Translations under genes and position numbers: made by a program | Notes under the pieces: model-generated | The model's database searches: none | Seen by the model: only the letters and a program-made list of their open reading frames with translations | Told to the model about the DNA's origin: nothing | DNA from: an uncultured Spirochaetaceae bacterium | Lineage (GTDB): Bacteria > Spirochaetota > Spirochaetia > SZUA-6 > RPPD01 | Assembly (NCBI GenBank): GCA_964634205.1 | Contig: CAZWKE010000003.1 | Coordinates: 9,268 to 73,267 of the forward strand | Direction: 5' to 3' | Length of the DNA: 64,000 nucleotides | In this document: positions 45,741-55,453 of the stretch, piece after piece | Position numbering within the stretch: position 1 is the first letter of the stretch | Layout of the letters: every line of letters begins with the position of its first letter

Positions 45741-46058
45741 CTAACTCTTTTTATCTTTTATACGCAGCAGAAGATCCAGCAATTGATTCCTGATCATCTG
45801 AATATCGATCTCCGCGTCATGCGGTTCAGCGGTTATTTCCGCCCAGATTCTCTTTTTTGCGCCTTCGATGGTATAGCGTTTTGTATGAAGAAGATGTTTC
45901 AGCCGGTAAAGCAGCCGTACATCCCGTCCGGAATATACTCTCCTGCCGCTGAGGCTTTTAGCCGGTGAAAGAAAAGAAAACTCTTTTTCCCAATAGCGAA
46001 TCACATGTTGTTTTACCTCGAGCAGTTTGCTTACCTGGCCGATCGAATATTTTTTCAT
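45741..46058 (-). CDS. MerR-family transcriptional regulator
   Basis: 105 aa. N-terminal HTH YSIGQVSKLLEVKQHVIRYWEKEF. Its start overlaps the der stop (ATGA). Confidence 0.7.
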   Translation of the reverse strand: MKKYSIGQVSKLLEVKQHVIRYWEKEFSFLSPAKSLSGRRVYSGRDVRLLYRLKHLLHTKRYTIEGAKKRIWAEITAEPHDAEIDIQMIRNQLLDLLLRIKDKKS

Positions 46059-47446
46059 TTTTTGTCGTGTACTGCTTTTCGGAGCTCTATATCAAACGGG
46101 ACCAGAGAAAATCCCAGTTCCCGGCGTATCTTGTTCTTTAAATACTGCGTATAGCTCTGCGGGTAGCCGCGCAGTATATTGAGGAAAAAAATGAATTTTA
46201 TCGGATTCACACTTACCTGTGTGGCATAGCGTATCTTCAACCGTCTTTTGTTTCCGGGGATCACGTACGCCTTGGTCCACTCCGCCAGCTTCTTGTTCAG
46301 CCGCGAGGTATCCACCCTTTTGTGCAGCAGGTGCCACACCTCTACAACGGTTTTTATAAGCTTATCCGTACCCATACCCTGTTTTGCCGAAAGCGGGATA
46401 ATAGGGACAAAATCCATAACAGGGAATAAGAACCGGATCCTGTCTTTAAACGCCTGCAGCCGGTTGGGCATCTCCGGCAGCAGGTCCCATTTATTCAGCA
46501 CCAGGATCAGGCCCTTGGCCCTTTTCACCACCAGCATACAGATCTTTTTGTCCTGCTCGCTTAATCCTTCCAGCGCGTCGATGAGGAGGGCGACCACGTC
46601 GCATTCATCAATGGATTTGATGGCCCTGTTTACGGAATAGTACTCCACCGCTTCACTGATTTTTTTCTTGCGGCGGATTCCCGCGGTATCAAGAACCCGG
46701 ATCCTTCTCTGTTTAAAGGTAAACACACCCTCGATGATATCACGCGTGGTTCCGGGAACAGCCGATACAATAGACCGCTCCTCACCCAACAAGTGGTTTA
46801 CCAGGGTTGACTTCCCCGTATTCGGTTTTCCCAGCACCGCAAGCTTTATCTCGGATTCCCGTGCCTCTGCGGGTTTGGCCCCGTCCGCGGCCGACTTTTT
46901 GCCGCTGACCATGCGCACGATCTGCTTTTTTAACAGGTCGATATTGCGTCCGTGCTCCGCCGAAATACCGATAACATGCGAAAATCCCCATTGGTATTTA
47001 TCATACATCTCGGCTTCATGTACCGGGTCATCGATCTTGTTTACCACCAAAATGATCTTATCCGAGTAGGGCCGCAGCATCTCAACAAAGGCCTGGTCTT
47101 CCCCTGTGGTAAGATGGGCGTCACTTAACAACAAGGCCACCTCTGCCGATTTTATCAGCTGCAGACTTTTTTCAATTATCTTTTGATTAAGTTCATCTTT
47201 TTGCAGGGTAAACCCGCCCGTATCGGTAAGCAGGACCTTTACATCCTCCAGGGTACATTCCTTTTCCACGGCGTCCCGTGTCACCCCCGGCATGGAATGG
47301 GTAATTGCTCTCCGTGCTCCCAGCAAACGGTTAAAAAGAGTGGATTTCCCCACGTTCGGGCGGCCCAGAATAACGATACGGGGGAGATCAAGGTTAATAG
47401 GAGACGAGATCAAACTTGGCCTCCATCCAGTCCCGCACATAATCAT
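46055..47446 (-). CDS. der: Ribosome-biogenesis GTPase Der (EngA), tandem GTPase domains + KH
   Basis: 463 aa. G1 motif GRPNVGKST in domain 1, GKPNTGKST in domain 2, and a KH-like C-terminus. The first candidate starts (ATG 47446/47440 or TTG) overlap the ptsI 3' end by 20-50 bp. Confidence 0.9.
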   Translation of the reverse strand: MIMCGTGWRPSLISSPINLDLPRIVILGRPNVGKSTLFNRLLGARRAITHSMPGVTRDAVEKECTLEDVKVLLTDTGGFTLQKDELNQKIIEKSLQLIKSAEVALLLSDAHLTTGEDQAFVEMLRPYSDKIILVVNKIDDPVHEAEMYDKYQWGFSHVIGISAEHGRNIDLLKKQIVRMVSGKKSAADGAKPAEARESEIKLAVLGKPNTGKSTLVNHLLGEERSIVSAVPGTTRDIIEGVFTFKQRRIRVLDTAGIRRKKKISEAVEYYSVNRAIKSIDECDVVALLIDALEGLSEQDKKICMLVVKRAKGLILVLNKWDLLPEMPNRLQAFKDRIRFLFPVMDFVPIIPLSAKQGMGTDKLIKTVVEVWHLLHKRVDTSRLNKKLAEWTKAYVIPGNKRRLKIRYATQVSVNPIKFIFFLNILRGYPQSYTQYLKNKIRRELGFSLVPFDIELRKAVHDKK

Positions 47447-49136
47447 CGATATCCTGAGAGAACGTCATCTTCATTATGGTATTCACCAGCTCTTTTGCTT
47501 CCTTCATACTGACCGAACGTATGATACGCTTTATCTCGGGAATACTAAAGGCACTCATACTGAACTGATCAAGCCCCAAACCCAGAAGCACAACCGTGGC
47601 AAAGGGATCACCCGCCATTTCCCCGCACATGCCGACCGGTATTCCGGCCGCGTGCGCGTTGTCAATAACCATTTTGATCAGTCGTAATACACCCGGATGA
47701 AACGGCTCATAAAGGTAGGCGATCCTCTCATTGTTCCTGTCCACCGCGATGGTATATTGGATAAGGTCGTTTGTTCCGATAGAAAAAAAATCAACCTTTT
47801 GCGCCAGGATTTCCGAAATCAGCGCTGCCGAAGGTACCTCGATCATGACCCCTACGGGAATGTCCTCTTTAAAGGGGATCTTCGCGCTTCTCAGCTCCTT
47901 TTTCAACTGGTGCCAGATATCCAGTGTTTTCAAGAGTTCCTCAATACCGGAGATCATGGGGAACATTATCTTTAAATTTCCGTACACCGAGGCCCGCAGC
48001 ATGGCCCGCAGCTGCGCCTTGAATATTTCGGGCTTGGCCAGGCAAAAACGGACCGCACGCCAACCCAGAATCGGATTGTCCTCTGCCCCCACATCAAATC
48101 CCGGCATCACCTTTTCTCCCCCCAGATCCAGGGTACGAATGGTGACACTTCTTCCCTTCATTGTCTCGAGCACGGTACGGTAGGTTCGAAGCTGTTCTTC
48201 CTCACTGGGGAAACTGTTCGGCGTCATATAAAGGAATTCCGAGCGAAAAAGCCCGATACCGTCCGCCCCGTGGGCCAGTACGGCCTCCACTTCCGCTGTT
48301 ACCTCGATATTTGCCTCCAGGCTGATAACACGCTTGTCCGTGGTTTCCGGTTTCATCCGGTTTAATATCAGGAGATCCTGTTCATGCTTCTGCCATTTTA
48401 CCTGTGAGCTTTTATATTCACGCGTTGTTTTTTTATCCGGATTGACAATCACCACGCCCTGGTTTCCGTCTACAATAATGGTATCACCGTCCGCCACACT
48501 CTGACTGACATTAGAGAGTCCCAAAACCGCGGGAATGGCGAAAGACTTGGCGATAATGGCCGTGTGTGATGTTTTACTCCCCAGATCAAGGGCGATTGCC
48601 TTGACCATTGATTTGTTCATACTGATGGCGTCGGAGGGCAGCAGGTTGTGCGCCACAATAATTACCTCTTCGGACAGATCGGCCAAAGAGATGCGCTCAT
48701 GTAATAATAGGTGACGCATCACGCGTTGGGAGACGTCGTGAATATCAGTGGAACGCTCTTTCAGATAGCTGTCGGACGAAGAGTTGACCTTTTCAATGAT
48801 GGTCTCTATGACCTGCAGCAAGATCCACTCCACATTCAATTTTTTTTCTTTTACTTTTTTCCCTATATCCTCTTTGAATACCGGATCGTTCAACATGAGA
48901 ACATGGGAATCAAGCAGTTTCTTTTCTTCGTCGGCCATTTGGGGGGCATATTTTTTTTTCATATGAAGTATTTCACCGATTGCATTCTCCACGGCCGCGA
49001 AAAAACGCTCTAGTTCTCCTTTAACTTGGCCTGCACTGATGGTATACTTGGGAACGGAAAGTTTTTCTTCCTTAAATAGATAGACTTTTCCTTCCACTAT
49101 ACCCGGTGAAACCGAAATACCTTTGTAAATCTCCAT
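47394..49136 (-). CDS. ptsI: Phosphoenolpyruvate-protein phosphotransferase (PTS enzyme I)
   Basis: 580 aa. Phospho-His region GSKTSHTAIIAKSF. PEP-utilizing TIM barrel with ...GTNDLIQYT.... Confidence 0.9.
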   Translation of the reverse strand: MEIYKGISVSPGIVEGKVYLFKEEKLSVPKYTISAGQVKGELERFFAAVENAIGEILHMKKKYAPQMADEEKKLLDSHVLMLNDPVFKEDIGKKVKEKKLNVEWILLQVIETIIEKVNSSSDSYLKERSTDIHDVSQRVMRHLLLHERISLADLSEEVIIVAHNLLPSDAISMNKSMVKAIALDLGSKTSHTAIIAKSFAIPAVLGLSNVSQSVADGDTIIVDGNQGVVIVNPDKKTTREYKSSQVKWQKHEQDLLILNRMKPETTDKRVISLEANIEVTAEVEAVLAHGADGIGLFRSEFLYMTPNSFPSEEEQLRTYRTVLETMKGRSVTIRTLDLGGEKVMPGFDVGAEDNPILGWRAVRFCLAKPEIFKAQLRAMLRASVYGNLKIMFPMISGIEELLKTLDIWHQLKKELRSAKIPFKEDIPVGVMIEVPSAALISEILAQKVDFFSIGTNDLIQYTIAVDRNNERIAYLYEPFHPGVLRLIKMVIDNAHAAGIPVGMCGEMAGDPFATVVLLGLGLDQFSMSAFSIPEIKRIIRSVSMKEAKELVNTIMKMTFSQDIDDYVRDWMEAKFDLVSY

Positions 49137-49277
49137 TTGATCTTTAGTATAGATGGTTTTTTTTACCCTGTCAAACTAAAGAAATTGCCGTAAACTCATT
49201 GGATACGCCGACCCTGCGCTTGAAGACAACCATAATCCGGCATAGAATATTGGTATATAATTCAAAGGAGGCACTTT

Positions 49278-50366
49278 ATGATCGAGGAAATTTTAAACAA
49301 CTGGCTTCAATATGTTATTTTCGGCAGCCTGCTCGCCGGTTCCTTTATTGTCGGTTTTCTACTGCATTATCTCATTGTCTTGCTCATCAAGCTTTTTACC
49401 CGGAAAACCGAGACGAATATCGACAATATCATAGTCAGACACATGAAGGGTCCGCTGAAACTGCTGTTACCGGTTGTACTTTTCAATCTTGTACTTCCCT
49501 ATGTACATATAAACAAACAGGCCATGGATGTAATCCGCGAATTGTTTATTATCTTATTCATCATCGCCTTCGCCTGGATTCTGACAAAAGTGACCTCCAT
49601 TTTAACCGACAGCATGAAGCAGAGGTACCGCGTGGATGTTAAGGACAACCTACATGCCAGGAAAATACAGACCCAGATGCAGGTGTTAAAGAGGATTGTC
49701 AGTATAATCATCTATATTATTACCATCGCGGTAATCCTGATGCGTTTTGAGGCGATAAGACAACTGGGAACCACCCTCCTTGCCTCGGCCGGTATTGTCG
49801 GCCTGATCCTGGGTTTCGCCGCACAGAAAACACTTTCCACGCTTGTGGCGGGGTTCCAGCTTGCCTTCACCCAGCCCATTCGTATTGATGACGTGGTGAT
49901 TGTGGAAAACGAATGGGGCCGGATCGAAGAGATCACCCTGACCTATGTTGTGGTGAAGATATGGGATTTACGGCGGCTGGTCGTTCCCATCACCTATTTC
50001 ATCGATCATCCTTTTCAGAACTGGACCAGGGTTTCGGCCGAGATCATCGGCACCGTTTATCTTTATTGTGATTATACCATCCCGCTTGAAGCGGTGCGCC
50101 GAAAACTGCGGGAGGTCTGCGAAGCCTCCGAGATTTGGGATAAGAAGGTCTGTGTGCTGCAGGTTACCGCGGCCAAAGAAAAAACGGTAGAGCTGCGTGC
50201 CCTGGTAAGCGCGACGGACGCGGGTCAGTGCTGGGACCTGCGCTGCAATGTACGGGAAAAGCTTTTGGACTTTATTCAAAAAGAGTACGGCGGGCATCTG
50301 CCCAAGGTCAGGGCATTTCTGGAGAAGAACGAATTCCAAAAAGGTATATCCGGGGAACACACCTGA
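49278..50366 (+). CDS. Mechanosensitive ion channel (MscS family)
   Basis: 362 aa. Several N-terminal transmembrane helices. MscS core GFAAQKTLSTLVAGFQLAFTQPIRIDDVV. RBS AAAGGAGG. Confidence 0.8.
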   Translation: MIEEILNNWLQYVIFGSLLAGSFIVGFLLHYLIVLLIKLFTRKTETNIDNIIVRHMKGPLKLLLPVVLFNLVLPYVHINKQAMDVIRELFIILFIIAFAWILTKVTSILTDSMKQRYRVDVKDNLHARKIQTQMQVLKRIVSIIIYIITIAVILMRFEAIRQLGTTLLASAGIVGLILGFAAQKTLSTLVAGFQLAFTQPIRIDDVVIVENEWGRIEEITLTYVVVKIWDLRRLVVPITYFIDHPFQNWTRVSAEIIGTVYLYCDYTIPLEAVRRKLREVCEASEIWDKKVCVLQVTAAKEKTVELRALVSATDAGQCWDLRCNVREKLLDFIQKEYGGHLPKVRAFLEKNEFQKGISGEHT

Positions 50367-50447
50367 TTCCCTTTTCTATTGATTTTTTTCCCACTCCCTG
50401 CGGCGGGAGCTTGAACAGACCCGGTATTATAAGTACCATAAGGTCAG

Positions 50448-51152
50448 ATGCCGTATACGATTTTGATTGTGGATGACGATAGAATATTCAGGAGTGAGTT
50501 CAGGGAGGTCCTGGAAGACAAATACGAGGTTTTTGAGGCGGCGGGAGGGGAACAGGCGCTTGAGATCTTAAGTCAGCCCAATATTGTGGACCTCGTACTT
50601 CTGGATATTAAAATGCCCGGCATGCAGGGCACGGAAGTATTGAGTAAAATAAAATCAATCAGCCCGTCAGTGCTGATTGTCATGCTGACCGGTTACGGCA
50701 CCAAGGAAATCATTATCGAATCGCTGCGCGCGCATGCTGATGATTTTCTGGAAAAGCCGCTTCAGATTCAAAGCGCCTTGCAGCGAATCAATAAATTATT
50801 AGGTACAAAACAAAAGTATGTGGCGGGGGTTATCAATAAAATCAAGTATGCGATTGAAAAAAACTTCCACAAAAACATCAGTTTGAAACAGGCATCTGAA
50901 ATCGTATGTTTAAGTCCAAAATACATTTCCCGGATTTTTAAGGAACATACCGGCGTGGGATTCAATGAATACAAACTGGAGTTAAAGGTAACCCGGGCCA
51001 AGGAACTGCTTCAGGGAACCGATCTGAATATAAATCAGATTTCAGACAGAATAGGCTATATGAATGTTGAATCCTTTATCCGCATATTCAAGCGAATAAC
51101 CGGATACACCCCTACGAGTTACCGTAATAAAAAAATACCCGTACCAAAATGA
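50448..51152 (+). CDS. Response regulator with AraC-type HTH output
   Basis: 234 aa. REC (ILIVDDDRIF, LVLLDIKMPG) plus an AraC HTH (ICLSPKYISRIFKEHTGVGFNEYK...). Confidence 0.85.
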   Translation: MPYTILIVDDDRIFRSEFREVLEDKYEVFEAAGGEQALEILSQPNIVDLVLLDIKMPGMQGTEVLSKIKSISPSVLIVMLTGYGTKEIIIESLRAHADDFLEKPLQIQSALQRINKLLGTKQKYVAGVINKIKYAIEKNFHKNISLKQASEIVCLSPKYISRIFKEHTGVGFNEYKLELKVTRAKELLQGTDLNINQISDRIGYMNVESFIRIFKRITGYTPTSYRNKKIPVPK

Positions 51153-52255
51153 GCCTGCCGACTAATGCGATTATTGATAATAAGGAAAATCTTAACGGTA
51201 TTTTCGCTGTCCTCGTGGATTTGATAAACGCACCCGCCGTATTATGCGGTGTGGACGGAAGTATCCGCAAGATGAACACCGCAGCCGCCAAGAATCTCGG
51301 ATTTCCCGCCTCAAGACTTGATATACGTCAGACTGCGGAAAACAACCAGGCGGATACCTCCCTGTCCGTTCTTGTACAGAGGATAAGTACAATTTTCGAA
51401 AAGACGCTTAGGGGAACCGCTGTAAACCAAACCGCATATCGTTTTGAGAATGCAAAAATCAAACAATCGGCCTTCACCTTCTATGCTGTTCCCGTACAAA
51501 AAGACAGCGTCACTACCGCTGTTCTCATAACATGGACAAAAAAATCCGGGCCGCTTGCGCGGGTTAGACGGGAAGAACCGGGGTATTTCAGAACTATCGA
51601 AACCCTGGCCGCTATCGTGGCCCACGAACTGCGCAATCCACTGGGGGTAATTCGGACGGCGCTTTATAATGTACGAAGGAAAAACAAGCAGGGCAACCTG
51701 CAAAAACACCTTGATAACATAGAAAAAAAAATAGAAGAGAGCGAGCGTATCATAAACAATCTTTTAGCCTACTCACGCATAAAAAAACCTGTCATGAAAA
51801 AAATCCATCTTTATAATTTTCTAACAGAGTGCATCACAACCTTTGGCGTACAACATTGCAGTTCCGGTATAAAAATAAAAACAGAGCTTTCAGGATTAAG
51901 CGATGTACACTTTACCCTTGATCCTTTTCAAATCCGGGAGGTGCTGACGAATGTGCTGGATAATGCCTGTGGGGCCTTGCAAAATAAGGCCGGAGAGATC
52001 ATAATCAAAGGGGAGCAGGTTCCCCCGGATATGATAGTGCTTTCCGTTTCGGATAATGGTGAAGGCATAGACAGTTTTGATTTGGATGAGGTTTTTTTGC
52101 CCTTCTTCACCAGAAAGTCCAAAGGCACCGGACTGGGGCTTACTATCAGCCGGGAGCTTATTAATCTACACGGAGGGACAATAGGCATCAGCAGCCAAAA
52201 GGGCCAGGGGACCAGTGTCCGGATAACGCTGCCGAACGGGAAGTTGTCGGCCTAA
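51149..52255 (+). CDS. Cytoplasmic sensor histidine kinase
   Basis: 368 aa, no transmembrane segment. H-box VAHELRNPLGVI. HATPase motifs DNGEGID and GTGLGLTIS. Translationally coupled to the upstream RR. Confidence 0.85.
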   Translation: MSLPTNAIIDNKENLNGIFAVLVDLINAPAVLCGVDGSIRKMNTAAAKNLGFPASRLDIRQTAENNQADTSLSVLVQRISTIFEKTLRGTAVNQTAYRFENAKIKQSAFTFYAVPVQKDSVTTAVLITWTKKSGPLARVRREEPGYFRTIETLAAIVAHELRNPLGVIRTALYNVRRKNKQGNLQKHLDNIEKKIEESERIINNLLAYSRIKKPVMKKIHLYNFLTECITTFGVQHCSSGIKIKTELSGLSDVHFTLDPFQIREVLTNVLDNACGALQNKAGEIIIKGEQVPPDMIVLSVSDNGEGIDSFDLDEVFLPFFTRKSKGTGLGLTISRELINLHGGTIGISSQKGQGTSVRITLPNGKLSA

Positions 52256-52268
52256 AGGAGGAAAATGC

Positions 52269-55121
52269 ATGTTTAGTTTTTTGGGGTTCATCTGGGTTCT
52301 ACTGGGCGCCCTACCGCTTATTATCACCTTCACAAAAATTAAGAAACTGGAAAAAAACCGGATCTCCCGCCGGGTAAAGATTGGGGTTATTATCTTTCTG
52401 CTTGATATCGCCCTGCTTGTTATCCTGAATGTATTCCTGTATTACTATACGGATATTCTCTGGTTTATCAATCTGGGATTTGAACGAAGATTTCTTACCT
52501 TTATTTTTGCCCAGACCGCGTTGTTTGGTGTAGGATTTGCAGTTGCCTTCGTTTTCCTCTATGCCAATCTACGCTACTCCATCAGAAAACTGTCCGCGCC
52601 CCGTTACAAGGGCGCCTACCTTGGCGGGGTTTTTATCATCGCCATCTTCCACGGTATTGCGGCAAGCGGATTGTGGTATAAATATCTGCTTTTTGCCAAC
52701 CAGGTACCGGGACAGGTAACAGACCCGCTTTGGCATATGTCGATCGGATTTTATATGTTCAGCCTGCCGTTCTATACCATGGTGCTGCACTGGGTACTGT
52801 GGCTCATCATAACGGCCCTCATCATAAACCTCGTGCCTCTTTTTGTCACCAGACAGATTATGGAAAAGGATTACCTGCGGTCCGAGACCTTCAAACAAAA
52901 AGCCACACATCTCAAATTTCAGTGGCTGTTTCTGTTTGCCCTGGTGTTTTTTATTTACGCGGCCTTTTCCTATCTGAACATCTTCAAACTGATGCTGGGT
53001 AGGCACGGTGTGTTAAGCGGGGTGGATTACGTTGATAACAACTTCCGGGTCCTGGGGTTGGCGGTAACCATAATCGTATACATCGGGCTGGGGCTGCTGC
53101 TTTTTCTCTGCCTTTTCCTCCCCCGGTTGCGGCGGCTTCTGATAAAAAAGCGCTTCAGCCAGGTGCACGGCCGGGAGATGTTTGCCCCGCGCGTTTTTAT
53201 TTTTCCGGCGGCTGTTTTTGCCCTGCTTATCACCTTTAATTTCATCATCCCGGCACTCATGGAAAGCCTGGTGGTAAAACCCAATGAGATTACCTTGGAA
53301 AAACCCTATATCCAAAACAGCATTAACTTTACCAGGCGCGCCTATAATATCCACGGCGGTTCAATGGAAGAGAAAATGTACGATGTAAATCCGACAATCG
53401 ACGAAGACGTCATCAACATGAATCGCAGTACGCTGAATAATATTCGCTTATGGGACTGGCGCGCTTTGATGGACAATCTGAAAGAGCAGCAGGAAATACG
53501 GTTGTACTACTCGTTTCATGATGTGGATATCGACCGCTACACCATCAACGGGCAGTACCGCCAGGTAATGCTTTCGGTCCGCGAAATGGACAAACGCAAC
53601 CTGGATGTCAACTCCCGCACGTGGGTCAGCTCGAAGTTGAAATACACACACGGGATGGGCCTGGTACTGCTTGCGGCCCATGAAATATCAGCGGACGGGA
53701 AACCCAAGCTGTTGATCAAGAGTATTCCCCCTGAAAGCAGTATATCGCTTGCCGTCACCAAACCGCAGGTCTACTACGGGGAAGAAACAAACGACCAGGT
53801 GTATGTGCATTCCACCGAGCAGGAGTTTGATTACCCGCGCGGAGACACGAATGTGTATACCCAGTACAACGGTAAAGGTGGTGTCAATATCAGCTCGCTC
53901 TTAAACCGCTTTGCCTATGCCTGGAAGTTTGACGATTACCGGCTGCTTTTTTCCTCATATTTTACCAAGAAGACAAAGGTGCTTTTCAGGCGCAATATCC
54001 TGGAGAGAATGCGGACCATCGCCCCGTTTTTAATACCGGATGCCGATCCGTACGCAGTCCTGACCGATGACGGCAGGATCGTGTATATCATTGATGCGTA
54101 CTTTGTCTCTGACGGGTATCCGTACGCGGAAAAATATAACGGGGTACTCACCCCCTTCCACGGCATCAACTATATCAGAAATTCCGTCAAGGTCACGGTT
54201 GACGCCTACAACGGCAATATAACCTTCTACACAATGGATGATAAGGATATCCTGCTGGCAACTCATCGCAAGATCTTTCCGGAACTGTTTCGCCCTTTCA
54301 GTGAAATGCCGCAGGATATAAAGAAACATATCCGCTACCCGGAAGGTCTTTTTACCATTCAGGCTGAAATTTACAGCACCTACCACATGGAGGACCCCGA
54401 AGTATTTTATCAGCGTGAAGATGTCTGGACCTTTGCCACCGAACGGTACCGCAAGGATTTTCAGATGGTAATCCCTTATTATGTGATGATCCAGTTTCCC
54501 GGGGACAAGGGGGTGGAGTTTGTCCTTATGGTGCCCTTTACGCCGAAGAACAAGAACGTCATCAATGCCTGGATGGCCGGCAGGTGCGATCTTCCCCATT
54601 ACGGAGAACTTGTTGTTTACAAATTCCCGAAAGGGGTTGAAGTGCTGGGACCCAGGCAGATCGAGGCCAGGATCGATCAGAATACCCAGATGTCCCAGGA
54701 CATGACCCTGTGGGGCCAGCGCGGTTCGGAGGTTATCCGCGGGAACCTGCTGGCCATACCATTGTTCGGCAAAACAGCGCTTTCCATATTCTATGCCGAA
54801 CCGATCTTTTTACAGGCGGAAGACGCCAAACTTCCGGAGCTAAAGCGGGTGGCGCTGGGAGACCAGGGATCAGTGGTCTGGGACCAGGATTTTAACGTGG
54901 CGCTGCGGAAACTTTTGGGAAAGTTCAGCGAGAACGCGGTAGCGCCGCAGCAGGAAAGTATGAAACCCGAAAGCACCGTTTCCGCAAGCAGGCTGAAATC
55001 ATTGGTGCGGGAGATTCAGAGCGCGCTGGATTCATATACATCACTGACCGGACAGGGAAAGTTTGCGGAAGCGGGGAAATACCTGGATAAAATAAAGAAG
55101 CTGATTGGAGAACAAAAATAA
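52269..55121 (+). CDS. UPF0182-family large polytopic membrane protein
   Basis: 950 aa. About 7 N-terminal transmembrane helices, then a large soluble domain. The N-terminal YYTDILWFINLGFERRFLTFIFAQTALF matches the UPF0182 signature (YTDxLWFxxLGYxxVFxT) recalled from memory. Confidence 0.5.
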   Translation: MFSFLGFIWVLLGALPLIITFTKIKKLEKNRISRRVKIGVIIFLLDIALLVILNVFLYYYTDILWFINLGFERRFLTFIFAQTALFGVGFAVAFVFLYANLRYSIRKLSAPRYKGAYLGGVFIIAIFHGIAASGLWYKYLLFANQVPGQVTDPLWHMSIGFYMFSLPFYTMVLHWVLWLIITALIINLVPLFVTRQIMEKDYLRSETFKQKATHLKFQWLFLFALVFFIYAAFSYLNIFKLMLGRHGVLSGVDYVDNNFRVLGLAVTIIVYIGLGLLLFLCLFLPRLRRLLIKKRFSQVHGREMFAPRVFIFPAAVFALLITFNFIIPALMESLVVKPNEITLEKPYIQNSINFTRRAYNIHGGSMEEKMYDVNPTIDEDVINMNRSTLNNIRLWDWRALMDNLKEQQEIRLYYSFHDVDIDRYTINGQYRQVMLSVREMDKRNLDVNSRTWVSSKLKYTHGMGLVLLAAHEISADGKPKLLIKSIPPESSISLAVTKPQVYYGEETNDQVYVHSTEQEFDYPRGDTNVYTQYNGKGGVNISSLLNRFAYAWKFDDYRLLFSSYFTKKTKVLFRRNILERMRTIAPFLIPDADPYAVLTDDGRIVYIIDAYFVSDGYPYAEKYNGVLTPFHGINYIRNSVKVTVDAYNGNITFYTMDDKDILLATHRKIFPELFRPFSEMPQDIKKHIRYPEGLFTIQAEIYSTYHMEDPEVFYQREDVWTFATERYRKDFQMVIPYYVMIQFPGDKGVEFVLMVPFTPKNKNVINAWMAGRCDLPHYGELVVYKFPKGVEVLGPRQIEARIDQNTQMSQDMTLWGQRGSEVIRGNLLAIPLFGKTALSIFYAEPIFLQAEDAKLPELKRVALGDQGSVVWDQDFNVALRKLLGKFSENAVAPQQESMKPESTVSASRLKSLVREIQSALDSYTSLTGQGKFAEAGKYLDKIKKLIGEQK

Positions 55122-55140
55122 AAGGAGCGGCCCTGTATCT

Positions 55141-55299
55141 ATGCGCTATCGTTGCAGTATCTGTGATTATCTGTACGTTCCCGACGGGAACGGGGATTCG
55201 GACAAACAAAGCCGGTCCCGGTCGTTTTGGGACCTTCCCGATGACTGGAAATGTCCGAAATGCGGCGCGGGCAAGGCCGGGTTTGTGGAAGTACCCTGA
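55141..55299 (+). CDS. Rubredoxin
   Basis: 52 aa from ATG 55141. MRYRCSICDYLYVP...DWKCPKCGAGKAGF has two CxxC pairs at rubredoxin spacing. The track ORF start at 55105 is a TTG inside the upstream gene. Confidence 0.8.
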   Translation: MRYRCSICDYLYVPDGNGDSDKQSRSRSFWDLPDDWKCPKCGAGKAGFVEVP

Positions 55300-55453
55300 C
55301 ACAGCGGTAGGGTTTCAGACCTCGCGGGATGCCGTAACATGGTTAAGGACAGGGGCTGTATGGAAAACAGTCAGTGAAAACAGGAAAATGATCAATAATT
55401 ATAGATTTTTTATCTAGTACATTAGTGATGTAACGGAGGTAAATGTACACCAA

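Noticed and set aside
50367-50447. Hairpin CTCCC-TGCGGC-GGGAG after the MscS gene
   Set aside because: The T-run precedes the hairpin instead of following it, and it is only a 5-bp stem. Not convincing as a terminator.
54030-54599. 189-aa minus-strand ORF inside the UPF0182 gene
   Set aside because: Antisense shadow.
55105-55140. Upstream extension of the rubredoxin ORF (track start 55105)
   Set aside because: Position 55105 is a TTG inside the upstream gene's last codons. ATG 55141 gives a canonical 52-aa rubredoxin after an AAGGAG RBS.
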